A DNA stretch of 64,000 nt, taken from assembly GCA_964016885.1 (NCBI GenBank), contig OZ024742.1, positions 75,268,001 to 75,332,000 on the forward strand. The letters are read 5' to 3'. Both the position numbers and the translations under genes were made by a program. Source of the DNA: Eledone cirrhosa (taxonomy: Eukaryota). Shown here piece after piece: positions 1 to 11,610 of this stretch. Position 1 is the stretch's first letter; the number at the start of each line of letters is the position of its first letter. The notes below the pieces were generated by a model. The model saw only the letters and a list, made by a program, of their open reading frames with translations. It had not been told where the DNA came from and ran no database searches.

Positions 1-232
1 CAATGTGGGTTTTGTGCGTGTAAATATTTTTATTATTTATATAAGAAAAGAAAAAAAAGGACATAAAACATATATATATATATAAACAATAAAAATGAAA
101 ATTGAAACAATGAAAAATTCCCCAGTAGGGGGGAAGCCTCCGAGGGTTACACGTGGCGAAAACGACACAAAAGACCACGGCCACCCTGACCACAAGGGCA
201 AGCGCCCTCTCTCAATTTTTCCATCCCTCAAA

Positions 233-3200
233 CTACAGACGCATATTCAGAGTGGTCCCGTTCACTCGGACCATTCTCGCTACATTCACCCACCTTTCAA
301 CAAACTTGCTAGAAAGCAGCACTTGCCTCTCCACCCTGATTTTCCTCTTCAAGTGAAACTTGAAAAAGTTAATTAGGGATTCGCCGAAGAGGAAAATATT
401 TGTCTTTAACCCTTTTAACCATGTCCACCACACAATCTCTTTCGCCATGGCCACCAGGCAGAAGAAAACCGCCTGCCCTTGCTCCTCGAAGGAAGACGGC
501 GAGACCATCTGCACAATGAACTCAGTCGACAACCGGATCAGTCCTACACGTGACAGCAACTGTCCGACATAGCTCCACAAGTCAGCAATGCTTGGGCTCT
601 GAACGAGTGCGTGCACAACGGTTTCGTCGCTCTGCGCGCATCTCTGACAGGCTCGGCTGACGGCACCTCCGTGCCTGTAGAGCTTATCTCGAACCGGCAG
701 CGCTCCCCGATAGCACTGCCAGGCCAGGGATTTTTGGAAGTTATCCATAGGCCCCGGGCTGAAAGTTCTCCAGAAGAGAGCAAGCAGCTGATCTTCTTTG
801 ACGCCCAGGATCTCTCCGAGAATGTCGTCGCTCTGCCCCTCCACTAGTCCTCTCTAGAAAGCCGAGGTGGATGTTCCGCCGATACTGGTGCCCAACGGGG
901 AGAGGGCAGTGAGCGCCTGGAGACATTCCAGTTTCCAAGCGCTATCCCTCGGTCTTTTTCTGACCCAGGACTGCAGCTCCGCCAAGGAGACGAGCTGTGG
1001 GAAAACGTGCCTGGCGAACGGCGACCACACCCGTTCACCATCAAGGAAGCACCAGAGATGTCGCAGCCTCAGCGCATGTTTGCGCATCATCAGCCATGGC
1101 ATGCCCAGTCCTCCACGCAACGGGTGTTGACAGCAGATGGATCGTCTGACAATGGGAGCGCGTCCCTTCCACAAAAATCGGAAGAGGAGGCGCTCCATTT
1201 TGGTGAGAGTTGGGCTGGAGCAAGGTACGACGCTGAGGCGGTAGCAGATGACGGATGCGATGTACGCATTCGCCACTTCCGCCTGGCCTTTCAGGGACAG
1301 CTTCCTCTCAGCCCATTTCTGGGTGAGGGAAGCCACCCTGCTCGTCACCTCGTTCCAGTTTTTCTCCATCTGACGGTCCGGTCCGAACCAGACCCCGAGC
1401 AATTTAACCGGTCCGTCCAACGCCCCACGACGCTGTCGGACTGCATGGACTTGCCTCTCCAGGTGCCGAGCTGCAAGCCCACAGCCTTTTCCTGGCTTAT
1501 CTTTGCTTCTGTCACCGCTTCGTATTCCTTGAGAGCGGTGCCGAGCATCTGGACGTGTCTGGTGCTCGACACCACCACGGTGACGTCGTCAGCGTAAGCC
1601 GCCTCGGATTTCCCGCATCCTAGTTCGCGTGGGACGCCCCTCATCGACCCCAGTTTGTGCAGTAACGGCTCGAGAGCCAACACGTACAAGAGGGACGAGA
1701 GGGGACAACCCTGGCGGACTGAGCGCATGATGCTGAACGGCTGCGACAGGTGACCATTCACCCTCACAATTGAGCAGATGTCGCTGTACATTGCTGCGAA
1801 CCAACCCCTGAAAACGGGCCCGAAACCGGCTGCATCGAGGACCGCCGCCAAGTACCGATGGTCGACCCTATCGAATGCTTTGGATTGATTCAAGTTGATC
1901 AGGGCCCCACCCTTGCCAGGTCCCTTAACCACCCTCTCTATGATGTATCGCACGAGGTGGAGGTTGTCGTGTATGGATCTATCCGGAATGGCGCATGTCT
2001 GCGCCTCTCCCACCATACCCTTGACAAGCGCCAACCTCGTGTCTAACACCTTGGCCAATATCTTGAACTCTGCGTTTAGCAGGGTTATTGGCCTGAAATT
2101 ATCGATAACATCCCCCTTGTTCGGGTCTTTTCTCAGCAGCGCCACTGCTCCCGGCTCACAAAACTGGGAATGCTCCCGTTCTGCTGCCTGTTGTAGTAGA
2201 CGTCTGCCAAGAGGTCACCAAACAAGTCTGGCATAAATGCATAAAGCTCGTAGGGCAGACCATCCAAACCTGGAGATTTACCCCTTGTGCAGGTAGCCAT
2301 CGCTTCCCGTATTTCACCGGCTGTTATTGGCTTTTCGCAACACTGTGCTGCGGTCGTCGAAAGCCGAGGCAGACCGTCGAGGTATGTACTGAAGACCATG
2401 CCAAGATCCGGGCCGCCGCTCCCGGACAGTTCAGCAAAGTGCTGCTGAAAAGCTTCACACATCCGCTCAGGTTCGAGCATCACGCACCCGTTTTGGTCAG
2501 AGAAAGACCGAATTGTGGCTTTGTTGCCACGTTGTGCCTCTCCCACGCGGGCCCATTGGACGGCTTTTGTCCCCTCGTGTTTCAAAGCACGCGCTCTAGC
2601 TCTGACAACGCAGCCTCCGTAATTTGCGTCGAAGAATTGGTTGAGTGCCAATCTCACCGCAAGCACGTCGGTTGCGATGCTTGTCCTAAACGACTCTTCT
2701 AGCTTTCTGACTAGCTCTCCCTCTACTCTATTTTCCTCTATCACTACCCCTTTGCTAAAACTAATCGACTCTACTTTAATTTCCCTTTTCAGGGCCAACC
2801 ACCACCTGTTGTTGACGATCGCTCCCGTCAACGCACGCTTAACTAATACGCTAATACGTTTGTCCATGTCCACATTGGCACATTCGGGTGATCCAGTCGA
2901 TACCTGTCAGACCATTCAAAACGTCTGAGCAGGTTGGTGAGGCTCTTGCACCCTCCTCCCCTATCCACTAGCCCTACACGATCCCAGCGTGCATCCAAGA
3001 TACCGTTCCAGTCGCCCACTAACACTAAAGAGCGGGACGTTCCATGAAAGGTCTCTAGACGTCTGACGAAATCTGGCCGTCCTGCCCCTGTTGGGGCGTA
3101 GACGGCTACTAGCCTGAAAGCATTGCCTTTGCTTCCGGTCACGTCCAGCACCTTCGACTTACCTTCTGGGTCTAGGAAGATGGACCGTATCGCGAGATCC

Positions 3201-3418
3201 AAGCCTCTCCGAAAAAGGACGGCAAACCCATCCCCGATCCTGGACGGCTGGGAGATGCGTATACATCGTAGCCACCGAAGATCGGTGCGAAAGCTTGTGT
3301 TTCGGAGATTCTGGTTTCACTCTATGTTTAGTGACCTGAGGTCGTTGAGAAGGTGACCCTGCTTCCAAGATGACCCCAGGCCACGTGCATTTATACTGCC
3401 TATTCTGAGTACGGCCAT
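233..3418 (-). pseudogene. Tx1/L1 ORF2 (APE endonuclease, reverse transcriptase, C-terminal zinc finger), disrupted
   Basis: Start MAVLRIGSINARGL at 3418. APE motifs VYAPT and LVGDWN. RT motifs KSPGLDGLPYE, NFRPITLLNAEFKILAK, KAFDRVDH, VRQGCPLS, YADD, KLLG. C-terminal CQRC..ETVVH. Split over several frames. Confidence 0.93.
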
Positions 3419-3526
3419 GTTGGATGAGAAACGGGGCAAGTGAGAAAGGGTCACTTACCTTGTTCGTGTGGTGAAGGGACAGTAGAACCGTCCCTTTCGC
3501 TGGTCATGGGTGTTTCCAAGAGGATG

Positions 3527-5190
3527 TCAGTGTATATCCTCTTGGTAACCGACCCTCTGGAGTCTCCAACTGCGTTGGGGAATTTTTGTTTTAAAGGTTT
3601 GTACTGTTCTATTGTGATTTCGATGATGCTTATGTTTGTCGGGAGAGTTCTTGGTGTTGGTGGGGTGTAGTAGTTTTTTTTCTGTGATGTCTGTGTGCTG
3701 CTTTATATATTGTATGAGTTCTTTTTTTGCCATGTTTATGACTGTGTAATTTTTGGGGGGAGGGGTGATTTTGTTGCTGTTTTCTTCTGGTTGCTCTTTG
3801 GTCTGTGTGTCTTGTTGTGTTTGCGTTGTTGGTGTTTTTGGTGATGCTGGTGTTGGTGTGGTTGTTGTTGTCAGTGGTGCTTGTGGTGGTGATGTTGGTG
3901 GGTGTTGCTGCAAGTTTCCTTGCTGCCTTTACCCTTCTTTGTATGCCTTCGCTTTTGGAGGGTGAATCTAAGGGTTTTTTTATTTTTGTTTTTTTGTGGC
4001 AGGCCGTTTGCCACTTCACTCCCGCCTCAAACTCCATGTCGGATTCTGTGGCGTCTGGGAGGGGTATGTGCTCCACGGCTGTTGGTGGTGGTAGTGGAGC
4101 CCTCTTCGTCAATTATGTTGCTGGTGTAGCTACTTCAAATGTAGCTATTGGTGTTGCCGCCACTGATGATGCTGCTTTAGTTGTCCTTGGCCTTGGTACG
4201 GGTGCTACGGACGTTGCCCTCCTACTCACCGTGGAAGAGGCTTCTTCGTTTGTTGCCTGCCCTGCTCTTGGTAGCAGCGGACCAGGTATTGGAAGGAAAG
4301 GGGCCTTGATCGCTGTCTTCTGCGGGCAAAAGGCCCTGAGGTGACCCTTCGACCCACAGACATAACATTTTGGCCGTCTTCCTTCTACACTTATAGGGAG
4401 TTTGAGTCCTTCCTCGATGTCTATGATATCGGGGACAGCGTCGATACATTCCTGGTCAGTTTGTATAAGCATTTACATGCCTATACCTGACCAGTTCTCT
4501 CTCCCTATTTTTCCACCTGCAGCATGGTCGCCCTGTTCTCGATTCCAGCAAGGACAGACGCGGCCAGTCAAGGTATGGGCACGTCGTGTGGGACCTGGGT
4601 CACTTTGACCCTCACAATTTTACCCGCAGTAGGAGGGCACCAAGACTATCTCCTCACTCTTTAGGGTTTCCAAAGAGTGAGACTTTGCTTCCTGGAGGGT
4701 GGTAAAATGTACGTCTACTATGGCGTACTTTCTGCCTCGGGTGATGTGGGTTTTGCGTGCCCAGACGCACCCCAAGGACTTTTGGATTTGAGCCTCCGTG
4801 GCTCTCTCTACTCGATGTGAGATTTTGCTTACGGTGCGGTAAGTCACCGTCCGTAGCTGCTGGTTATTTGAAAAAATCGGGTGGAGGTTTCAGGGAAACT
4901 CTATTTGCGCTTCTTGTAACCATGGCCCTTGCGACTGCCATCTCCTCCTCTGTGACTAACACTGTCTCAATATTTCGGGCGACACCTGCAAAAGAAGTGA
5001 TCCATTTTTCAGCAGCACAAACTATTGCTGCCGCTACTGGTCTTACTGGTGGTGCTGAGATCGCTATTACAGGTATCGGTGTCATTGTTGTTGTTTTCGT
5101 TGGTACAGTTGTTGGTGTTGTTGTTGTTGTTTTCGTTGATACTGTTGCTGTTGTTACTGTTATTGTGGCTATTGTTATTATTGTTGTTGT
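3527..5190 (-). pseudogene. Tx1 ORF1 (gag-like) with zinc knuckle and Thr/Pro-rich low-complexity arms
   Basis: CYVCGSKGHLRAFC (CX2CX4HX4C) in ORF 4113-4472. Pieces at 4864-5190, 4620-4847, 3630-4112 and 3527-3913 lie upstream of ORF2 on the same strand. Confidence 0.8.
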
Positions 5191-5192
5191 AA

Positions 5193-5742
5193 TACTGGCA
5201 TCTATGCAAAGTAAACAATTTACCACATTCTGAGAAGTGGTATGAGCATAAGCGATAGTCGGTGATAGAAAACGATCAGGTGAAGGTGCTATGGGATTTT
5301 AGGATACAGACGGACAAGAAGTTAGAACACAATAGGCCTGACTTGGTGGTTTTGGACAAGGAAAAAAGATCATGCCTGATTGTAAATGTAGCCTGCCTAT
5401 TTGACACTAGAGTGCAAGAAAAGGAGAGGGAGAAAATTAACCGATACCAGGACTTAAAGTGGGAGGTAAACAGGATTTGGAACTGCCATGAAATCAATGT
5501 CGTCCCGATTGTAATAGGCGTACTAGGTACTATCTCAAAAAGTTTCCAGGGATGGTTAAAGAAAATTAGTCCAGCCCCGCTTTTTGGAACACTTCAAAAG
5601 GCATGCTTGCTGGGAACAGCAAGAACCCACCGATACGTCCTGAATATCTTAGGCTGCAGGTAGCGGCTTGATATTCATCTCAACAAACTTTCCAGTTAAC
5701 TAACATCAATGACTGAGACTCAAAGAGTAATAACAATGATAA
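5193..5742 (+). mobile_element. 5'-truncated R4/Dong-like non-LTR retrotransposon (restriction-like endonuclease domain plus 3' UTR)
   Basis: YWHLCK...KWYEHK, then LWDFRIQTD..HNRPDLVV.DK...KE.EK..RYQDL...VVPIVIG.LG...LQKACLLGTAR (RLE motif). Stop at 5663. Ends in a TAA-like tail at about 5728-5742. Confidence 0.85.
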
Positions 5743-5996
5743 TTTCATTTATTGGCCACAAGGGCCGACATGTAGGGGACAACACAAAGACAGGGACAGT
5801 GGGGGGTTTACAATAAGCTCGAGTAAAAGTGCACAATGGCAAGACTAATTTAACAATGAAGATATAACAAATATTTAAAATAAACTATGCATAACTATAA
5901 CAAAATAAATTCCCCGATAGGGGGTGGACGACCCAGGGGTGATTCAGGTACCCCACCAATCCTGAACCAGCCTGCGCTTCTAGGGCACCCGAAGTC
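5743..5996 (-). mobile_element. 3' UTR fragment of a second Tx1-like LINE
   Basis: Minus strand ends ...cttgtggccAATAAAtgaaa. The motif aattcccc-ga-taggggg resembles aattcccc-ag-tagggggg in the 3' UTR of the element at about 116-133. Confidence 0.5.
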
Positions 5997-7592
5997 ATAC
6001 GGACCCCCCAAAACAATGAACAGGTAAGAAAATGGGCGCACATGCAATAGGGGCTAGTATTAAAACTACCCTAAAGGGCTACGTATTCAAATTCAACGAG
6101 AAGATCTACACCAAAAATGAGGTAGCAACCATTGGCGTCAGCTTAGCTGGTGACGTTGCCAAACTTGTTATGGTATGGTAGGAAAGGAGACTCAAAGATC
6201 TCCTTGATGAGAGCTCCATAGACCTCATCATGTACTCTCGTTACGTACACGACATTAATTTAGTAAAAAGGACACCCCCACAAGAGAGTAGTAACAAGTA
6301 TGATTTAGAATGTAGTACAATGGAAAGCATCCAGCAGATAGCTAATTCCATACACCAGAGTATAACTGTAACTATCGACTACCCTTCCAAACATCCTAAC
6401 AGTAGACCACCTGTATTAGACACGGAAATCTGGATTAACACTATAGACGAGAGGGCGCACATTCTCCACTCACACTACGCTAAACCCATAGCCTCCAAAT
6501 ACCTGATACTCAAAAACTCGGCAATGTTCAGTAGTGCTACATTTAATATTCTGATCGCAGACTTGGTACGAGTGATGAAGAACGTGTCCCGTATGTGCGA
6601 CCCAACAGAAATGGAAAGACACATCCAACACTTCATCAACCGCATGCAGTTCTCAGGCTACAACCAAAGAGACAGAATCAGAGTATACGAAGGAACCACT
6701 GAGAAGTATAAGACCCTCATAGAACTGGTCATGAAATGAATTTTCCCATTATACAGGAGCAAATCATGGAACAGCTTAGATAGGACTAAACATACGATAG
6801 GGGAAGCCACCTCATAGTACGACAACCAGTGATATCAGAGCGTAATGTTCGTGGACGCTACCCCTGGAGGGAAATTCGCTCACCAGTGTAGAAAGGCAGT
6901 GAGAAGGACCCAAGGTTTTAGAAAAGCCATGAACTACCATAAAATCCCTGATCAGCAAAACATACCCTTTTAAGAAAACCCACTGTACTAATAAGAAATG
7001 TATCATATGCAAAGTAAACCACCGGATAAACTCTAAAACTAGAAACGTAGTCTATAGCATAAGATGTACAGAGGGTACGTGCAGAAACATGACAACAACA
7101 TACATAGGTGAGAGAGCTCGTAGCATAGGGGAAATGATAAACCAACACTGGGGGGAACTAAAAGGACGAAAAAACAGTTCAGTACGAATTTGCCAGACAA
7201 CAACATGACGGTAACATAGACAACATAGAAATTAAAATAATATCTAAACATAGAAATGACTCAGCAGATAGGCAAATCAGAAAGGCAAGTGAAATAGAAC
7301 CTAGAAGGCCAAAGCTAAACAGAAAAAATGAATGGAATAACAACAACACCCAAGAAAACAATTCTGACCTAAGAGAAAAATAAATAAATAAATAAATACA
7401 TACATACACAAGCACAATAACAACAAAAACATATAAACACACACTATAATAAATAAATAAATAAACAGATTAAATAAAGATAGCGTAGATATACAATACA
7501 ACAGGAGGAACATAATAGCACCACTGACAATGTTGCAGATGTGCAACGAAAGAACTTTGTTAGACTATATATATATGTGTTTATGTCTATAT
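5997..7592 (+). mobile_element. Penelope-like element family A, 5'-truncated copy (RT 3' half, GIY-YIG, partial pLTR)
   Basis: Colinear with 12609-14305. Contains YSRYVHDI, HYAKP and TYIGE. Has stops and frameshifts. HHR core mutated to CTGACAA at 7524. Confidence 0.9.
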
Positions 7593-7626
7593 TACATACA
7601 TACACGCACTCATATATATATATATA

Positions 7627-7686
7627 TGAGTCCAGAAATAGCCGTCGAAACGGCTTGAGCTCAGCCGTCGGGGTCCTACTCGTCCC
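7627..7686 (+). ncRNA. 3' half of a hammerhead ribozyme motif (5' part lost into the TA tract)
   Basis: GAAA-CGGCT-tgagctc-AGCCG-TC-ggggtcc gives a 5-bp stem III and a GUC triplet. Homologous to the arms of the palindrome at 30339-30452. Confidence 0.5.
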
Positions 7687-7759
7687 TATATATATATATA
7701 CACACACGCACACACATATATATATATATACGTTATATATAAGTTATACATATATACAT

Positions 7760-7844
<85 letters not shown>

Positions 7845-7972
7845 GATAAATCTATATGTAGATAAATCTGATGTATTTTCTTGATATTTTTTGTGTATTT
7901 CATTGGTCTATTTGAACTCTGTTCCCAAACAGACCTGTAATTTTGAATTGTTGTTATTATCAATAAATATAT

Positions 7973-8125
7973 TTCATTATTTCTGAAGACGGCATATGTA
8001 TGTGTTGCTATGTATATTCTATTTGATAGTTTGTATAATTTTGTATAATTTTGTACATAGATCTGTTGAATATGCATGCCAATTCTAACACATATATGTC
8101 CTAGAAACGATCGTTAAATAATGAA
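7973..8125 (+). ncRNA. Type I hammerhead ribozyme motif with long stem II
   Basis: Stem I ttcattattt (7973-7982) / aaataatgaa (8116-8125), 10 bp. CTGAAGA at 7983. Imperfect stem II ggcatatgtatgtgttg / taacacatatatgtcc. GAAA at 8104. Palindromic stem III aacgatcgtt. GUU triplet. Confidence 0.75.
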
Positions 8126-8179
8126 CTTTCTTTGTTTAATATAAGGAACTGTTTCATTGTTTTATTCATTATTTTTTTA

Positions 8180-8274
<95 letters not shown>

Positions 8275-8280
8275 TATATA

Positions 8281-8311
<31 letters not shown>

Positions 8312-8516
8312 CATGTGGAGGCTCAGTAAAATCGAAGCTTTGGCTGTGGGTAAGCAAAGTCGACCAACAATATGCAGAGTTAGCAAAGCACTCAATAAGG
8401 GTTGGTCCTTAGAGTAACAACATACGTTTAAATAGCTTGACAAATTGAACATTGTGGTAGGCAAAACCTAACACACAATACTAGAGCAACGAAAACACTA
8501 ACAAGTTAAAAAAGTT

Positions 8517-8646
8517 ACACCTGGACAAATTAAACGATATACATTTAAAGTGTTTCTGTGAACCCGAAATCCAATATCCGACTTACGTAACAGGCACGCT
8601 CGTGGTATTCAATGACGAACAGAGGATTCATTTCATCAACAGGTGT
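8517..8646 (-). ncRNA. Variant type I hammerhead motif (UUGAUGA-AAU core)
   Basis: Minus strand reads acacctg-TTGATGA-aat-gaatcc...gggttc-aca-GAAA-ca...tg-TC-caggtgt. Stem I 7 bp, stem II 6 bp, GUC triplet. Confidence 0.6.
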
Positions 8647-9167
8647 TCCGTTCTGTCCAAAAGCGAGGTGAATTCTAAATGGTGCTGCTATTAGCGGGCT
8701 GAACGTACATTTAGTTGCCACGTGTTATTTCCAACAAGGGAAGCAACCCTCGGTTTTGGCGGGTAGATTCGAAGTGTTAAACAAAGCAAATATTATAATT
8801 TCCGCTAACATTCAGATTGAAGCTCTCAACCAGATATTATTAAACAAACACAAATAATTAACCAATCAATAGCATTGTCTAATTAAATTAATTAGTTAAT
8901 TATTCAATATATATATATATATATATTGAATAATTAACTAATTAATTTAATTTGACAATTCTGTTGGAATTAACACGTGATAACTAAATGTGCGTTCAGC
9001 TCGCTCATAGCGGCAACATTTGAAATCCACCTCGTTTTGGGGCAGAACGGAACACCTGTTGATGAAATGAATCCTCTGTTCGCATGGAATACCGCGAGCG
9101 TGCCTATTACGTAAGTCGGATATTTGATTTCGGATTCACAGAAACACTTTAAATGTATACGGTTTAA
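8529..9167. repeat. Long inverted repeat centred on a (TA)n tract (PLE-style inverted duplication)
   Basis: Outer arms are about 8529-8728 and 8970-9167. Inner arms, about 8875-8908 and 8925-8958, flank (TA)n. About 140 bp of the left arm is missing from the right arm. Confidence 0.9.
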
Positions 9168-9362
9168 TAAATATATATATATATATACATATATATGAAT
9201 ATAAAAGTTTACATATATATATATATATACATATACGTCTTTTGCAACCGGTCACTTTGTGGCTCAATGAATAAATTAAACAATCAGAGCTATATATCAT
9301 AAAACATGTCTATAGAATCACAAGATAAAATATATACTATTTTCTCTCCCAATTAACATAAT

Positions 9363-9404
<42 letters not shown>

Positions 9405-9413
9405 ATGTGTTGA

Positions 9414-9492
9414 GCACTACTGAAGATCGATCCAACAGTGACTAACCACACTGAAAAGCTTCATGAAATAGTCTTTTAAGACTATATAGTGC
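9414..9492 (+). ncRNA. Type I hammerhead ribozyme motif (base of stem II degenerate)
   Basis: gcacta-CTGAAGA-[cagtg/cactg hairpin]-GAAA-tagtctt-tt-aagacta-TA-tagtgc. Stem I 6 bp, stem III 7 bp, AUA triplet. Confidence 0.7.
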
Positions 9493-9739
9493 ATTTGTAG
9501 TTTTCCCCAAATCGACGGTTAAGTATTTCTTCTTAATTTTATTTTGAGTTAAGATTGTACTGCTTTTTCCCCACCTTACAGAAAGTCTGAGGATAAAGTT
9601 GTTCTTCTTGATTTGTTTTAAATTAAGATTGTATTACTTTTCCCTCGTCTTACATTAAACACTTTTTCATCTTTATGGTATAGTCACTTATATGTCTGAA
9701 TTATTGTGGCATTTTGCTTACAGTAATGTTTCTATTTTC

Positions 9740-9779
<40 letters not shown>

Positions 9780-9787
<8 letters not shown>

Positions 9788-10261
9788 ATACTGGGTAGGG
9801 TCATATTTGTGTAATAATTTTGCCAGAATTAATAACAGAACACACTCACTGTTTGGTTGGTTTTCGCTTCTGTGTCCTTTATATAGGTTAATTTAATTTA
9901 TTCGGTCCTCAATGTTTACCATTGACTGACCAACGGTCAAAAATACAGATACAATAGAGACAAAAACACGTATATATATAGTCTAAGAAAGTTCTTTTGT
10001 TGCATATCTGCAACAGCCTCAGTGGTGCTATTATGTTTCCTCCCGTTGCATTGTATGCCTACGCCATCTTTATTTAGTCTGTTTATTTATTTATTTATTT
10101 GTTTATTTTTTGTCTTCTCTGCGCATGCGTTTGCGTGTGTGTATAGTTTTTTGTTTGATGTATGTTCGTGTTTGGGTGACTGTGTATTGGTTATTGTATT
10201 CTATCTTAGTTTAAAAGTGTGTGTTTATATGTGTTTGTTGTTATTGTGCTTGTGTATGTAT

Positions 10262-10292
<31 letters not shown>

Positions 10293-10530
10293 TTCTTCTC
10301 TTAGGTCAGTGTTGTTTGTTTGTGTGTTGTTGTTATTCCATTCATTTTTCTGTTTAGCCTTGCCCTTCTAAGTTCTATTTCACTGGCCACTCTGATTTGC
10401 CTATCTGTTGGGTCATTTCTATGTTTAGATATTACTCTAATTTCTATGTTGTCTATGTTACCGCCGTGTTGTTGTCTGGCATGTTCGTATAGTACTGAAC
10501 CGTTTGTTCGTCCTTTTAGTTTCCCCCACA
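9780..10530 (-). mobile_element. Inverted pseudo-LTR / 3' segment of Penelope-like family A
   Basis: Reverse complement of about 13770-14480. Encodes the GIY-YIG tail GSVLYEHARQQH...NRK. Sits directly against the 5' end of the main copy. Confidence 0.9.
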
Positions 10531-11049
10531 TATCAAAACAAGTAAATAATTTATTATTGAACAAAACACAAGCTGAACGACTAAAACACACAATACCAGT
10601 TAATATGAAAAGAACAACATACACAAAAGTTAACGATCTTTACAGACAGAAACGCATTAACTCTAAGGAAGTCTGAAATCTCACCACACCAAACGAGAGG
10701 GATGACTTTATGAGCGTCATTCGACGTGAAACGAAATACGCCCGAAACGAATGCAATAGGCATTTCAATAAGAAATTAGAATGGATGAATAATAAAAAAA
10801 TCTAGAAGAACGAAAAATAGAATATTCACAAAAATACCCAGATAACATCAACAATATCCGTATGACTGATGTAGAACTACCGGAAAAATTTACCAATGAC
10901 CACACAGTAAATATATATGGGAACATTTTAATCAGTGAAAAAGAACAACAAATCCTGCAGCTACCACCGAGATTTGCCATCTACAAAAAGATTAACCCTA
11001 TCGAGTGTAAAACGGAGCTGGAAAAGTGTTTCACAAAAATATGTTAGAA

Positions 11050-11610
11050 TGCAAAAGTAAACAACAACAACAACTATACGGATAACAACAACAATAATAA
11101 CGGTAGTAGTAATATAAACAATAACTCTGAGTATAGAAATAACAGCTATAATAGTAATAGTCATAACAATAACAATAGCAGGAGAGTGAGAAATAGTAAT
11201 AATGGTAATAATATTAACGATAGACAGAACAAAAACCACAATAATAATAATAGAAATATTAACTACAGACACAGCAGCAGCGACCACAGTAGTAATAACG
11301 GTAACAATACGAGTAACAACAACAACAACCACAGAGGTAATAATAGCAATAATACATGTAGCAACATTAATGATAGACACAACAACAAAAAAATAAGAAA
11401 CATAATAAAAGTAACAATCACAATGGTAGAAATAACAGTAACAATAACAATAACGGTGGAGAAAACAACAACAATACATCTAACAATCACAGCAACAATA
11501 CATCTAGCAATCATAACAATAATAATAATGCTAATGATAGGAACAACAACCACCATAATAACAATAATAGCAACACACACAACTATGAAGATAGATATAA
11601 TAACAACCCC
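11050..11610 (+). repeat. AAC/AAT-rich low-complexity tract inside the PLE ORF (Asn-rich)
   Basis: Degenerate AAC/AAT triplets between the N-terminal domain and the TDKSG/RT region. Confidence 0.8.

Larger units (their letters stand above)
30..5190 (-). mobile_element. L1/Tx1-type non-LTR retrotransposon, near full length, frameshifted
   Basis: Two ORF remnants on the minus strand: a gag-like ORF1 with a CCHC knuckle, then an APE-RT-zinc finger ORF2. The 3' UTR runs about 232-30. The 5' end abuts an R4-like fragment. Ends are approximate. Confidence 0.92.

Noticed and set aside
95-5233. Plus-strand ORFs overlapping the Tx1 element
   Set aside because: They are antisense shadows of a GC-rich retrotransposon ORF with no recognisable domains.
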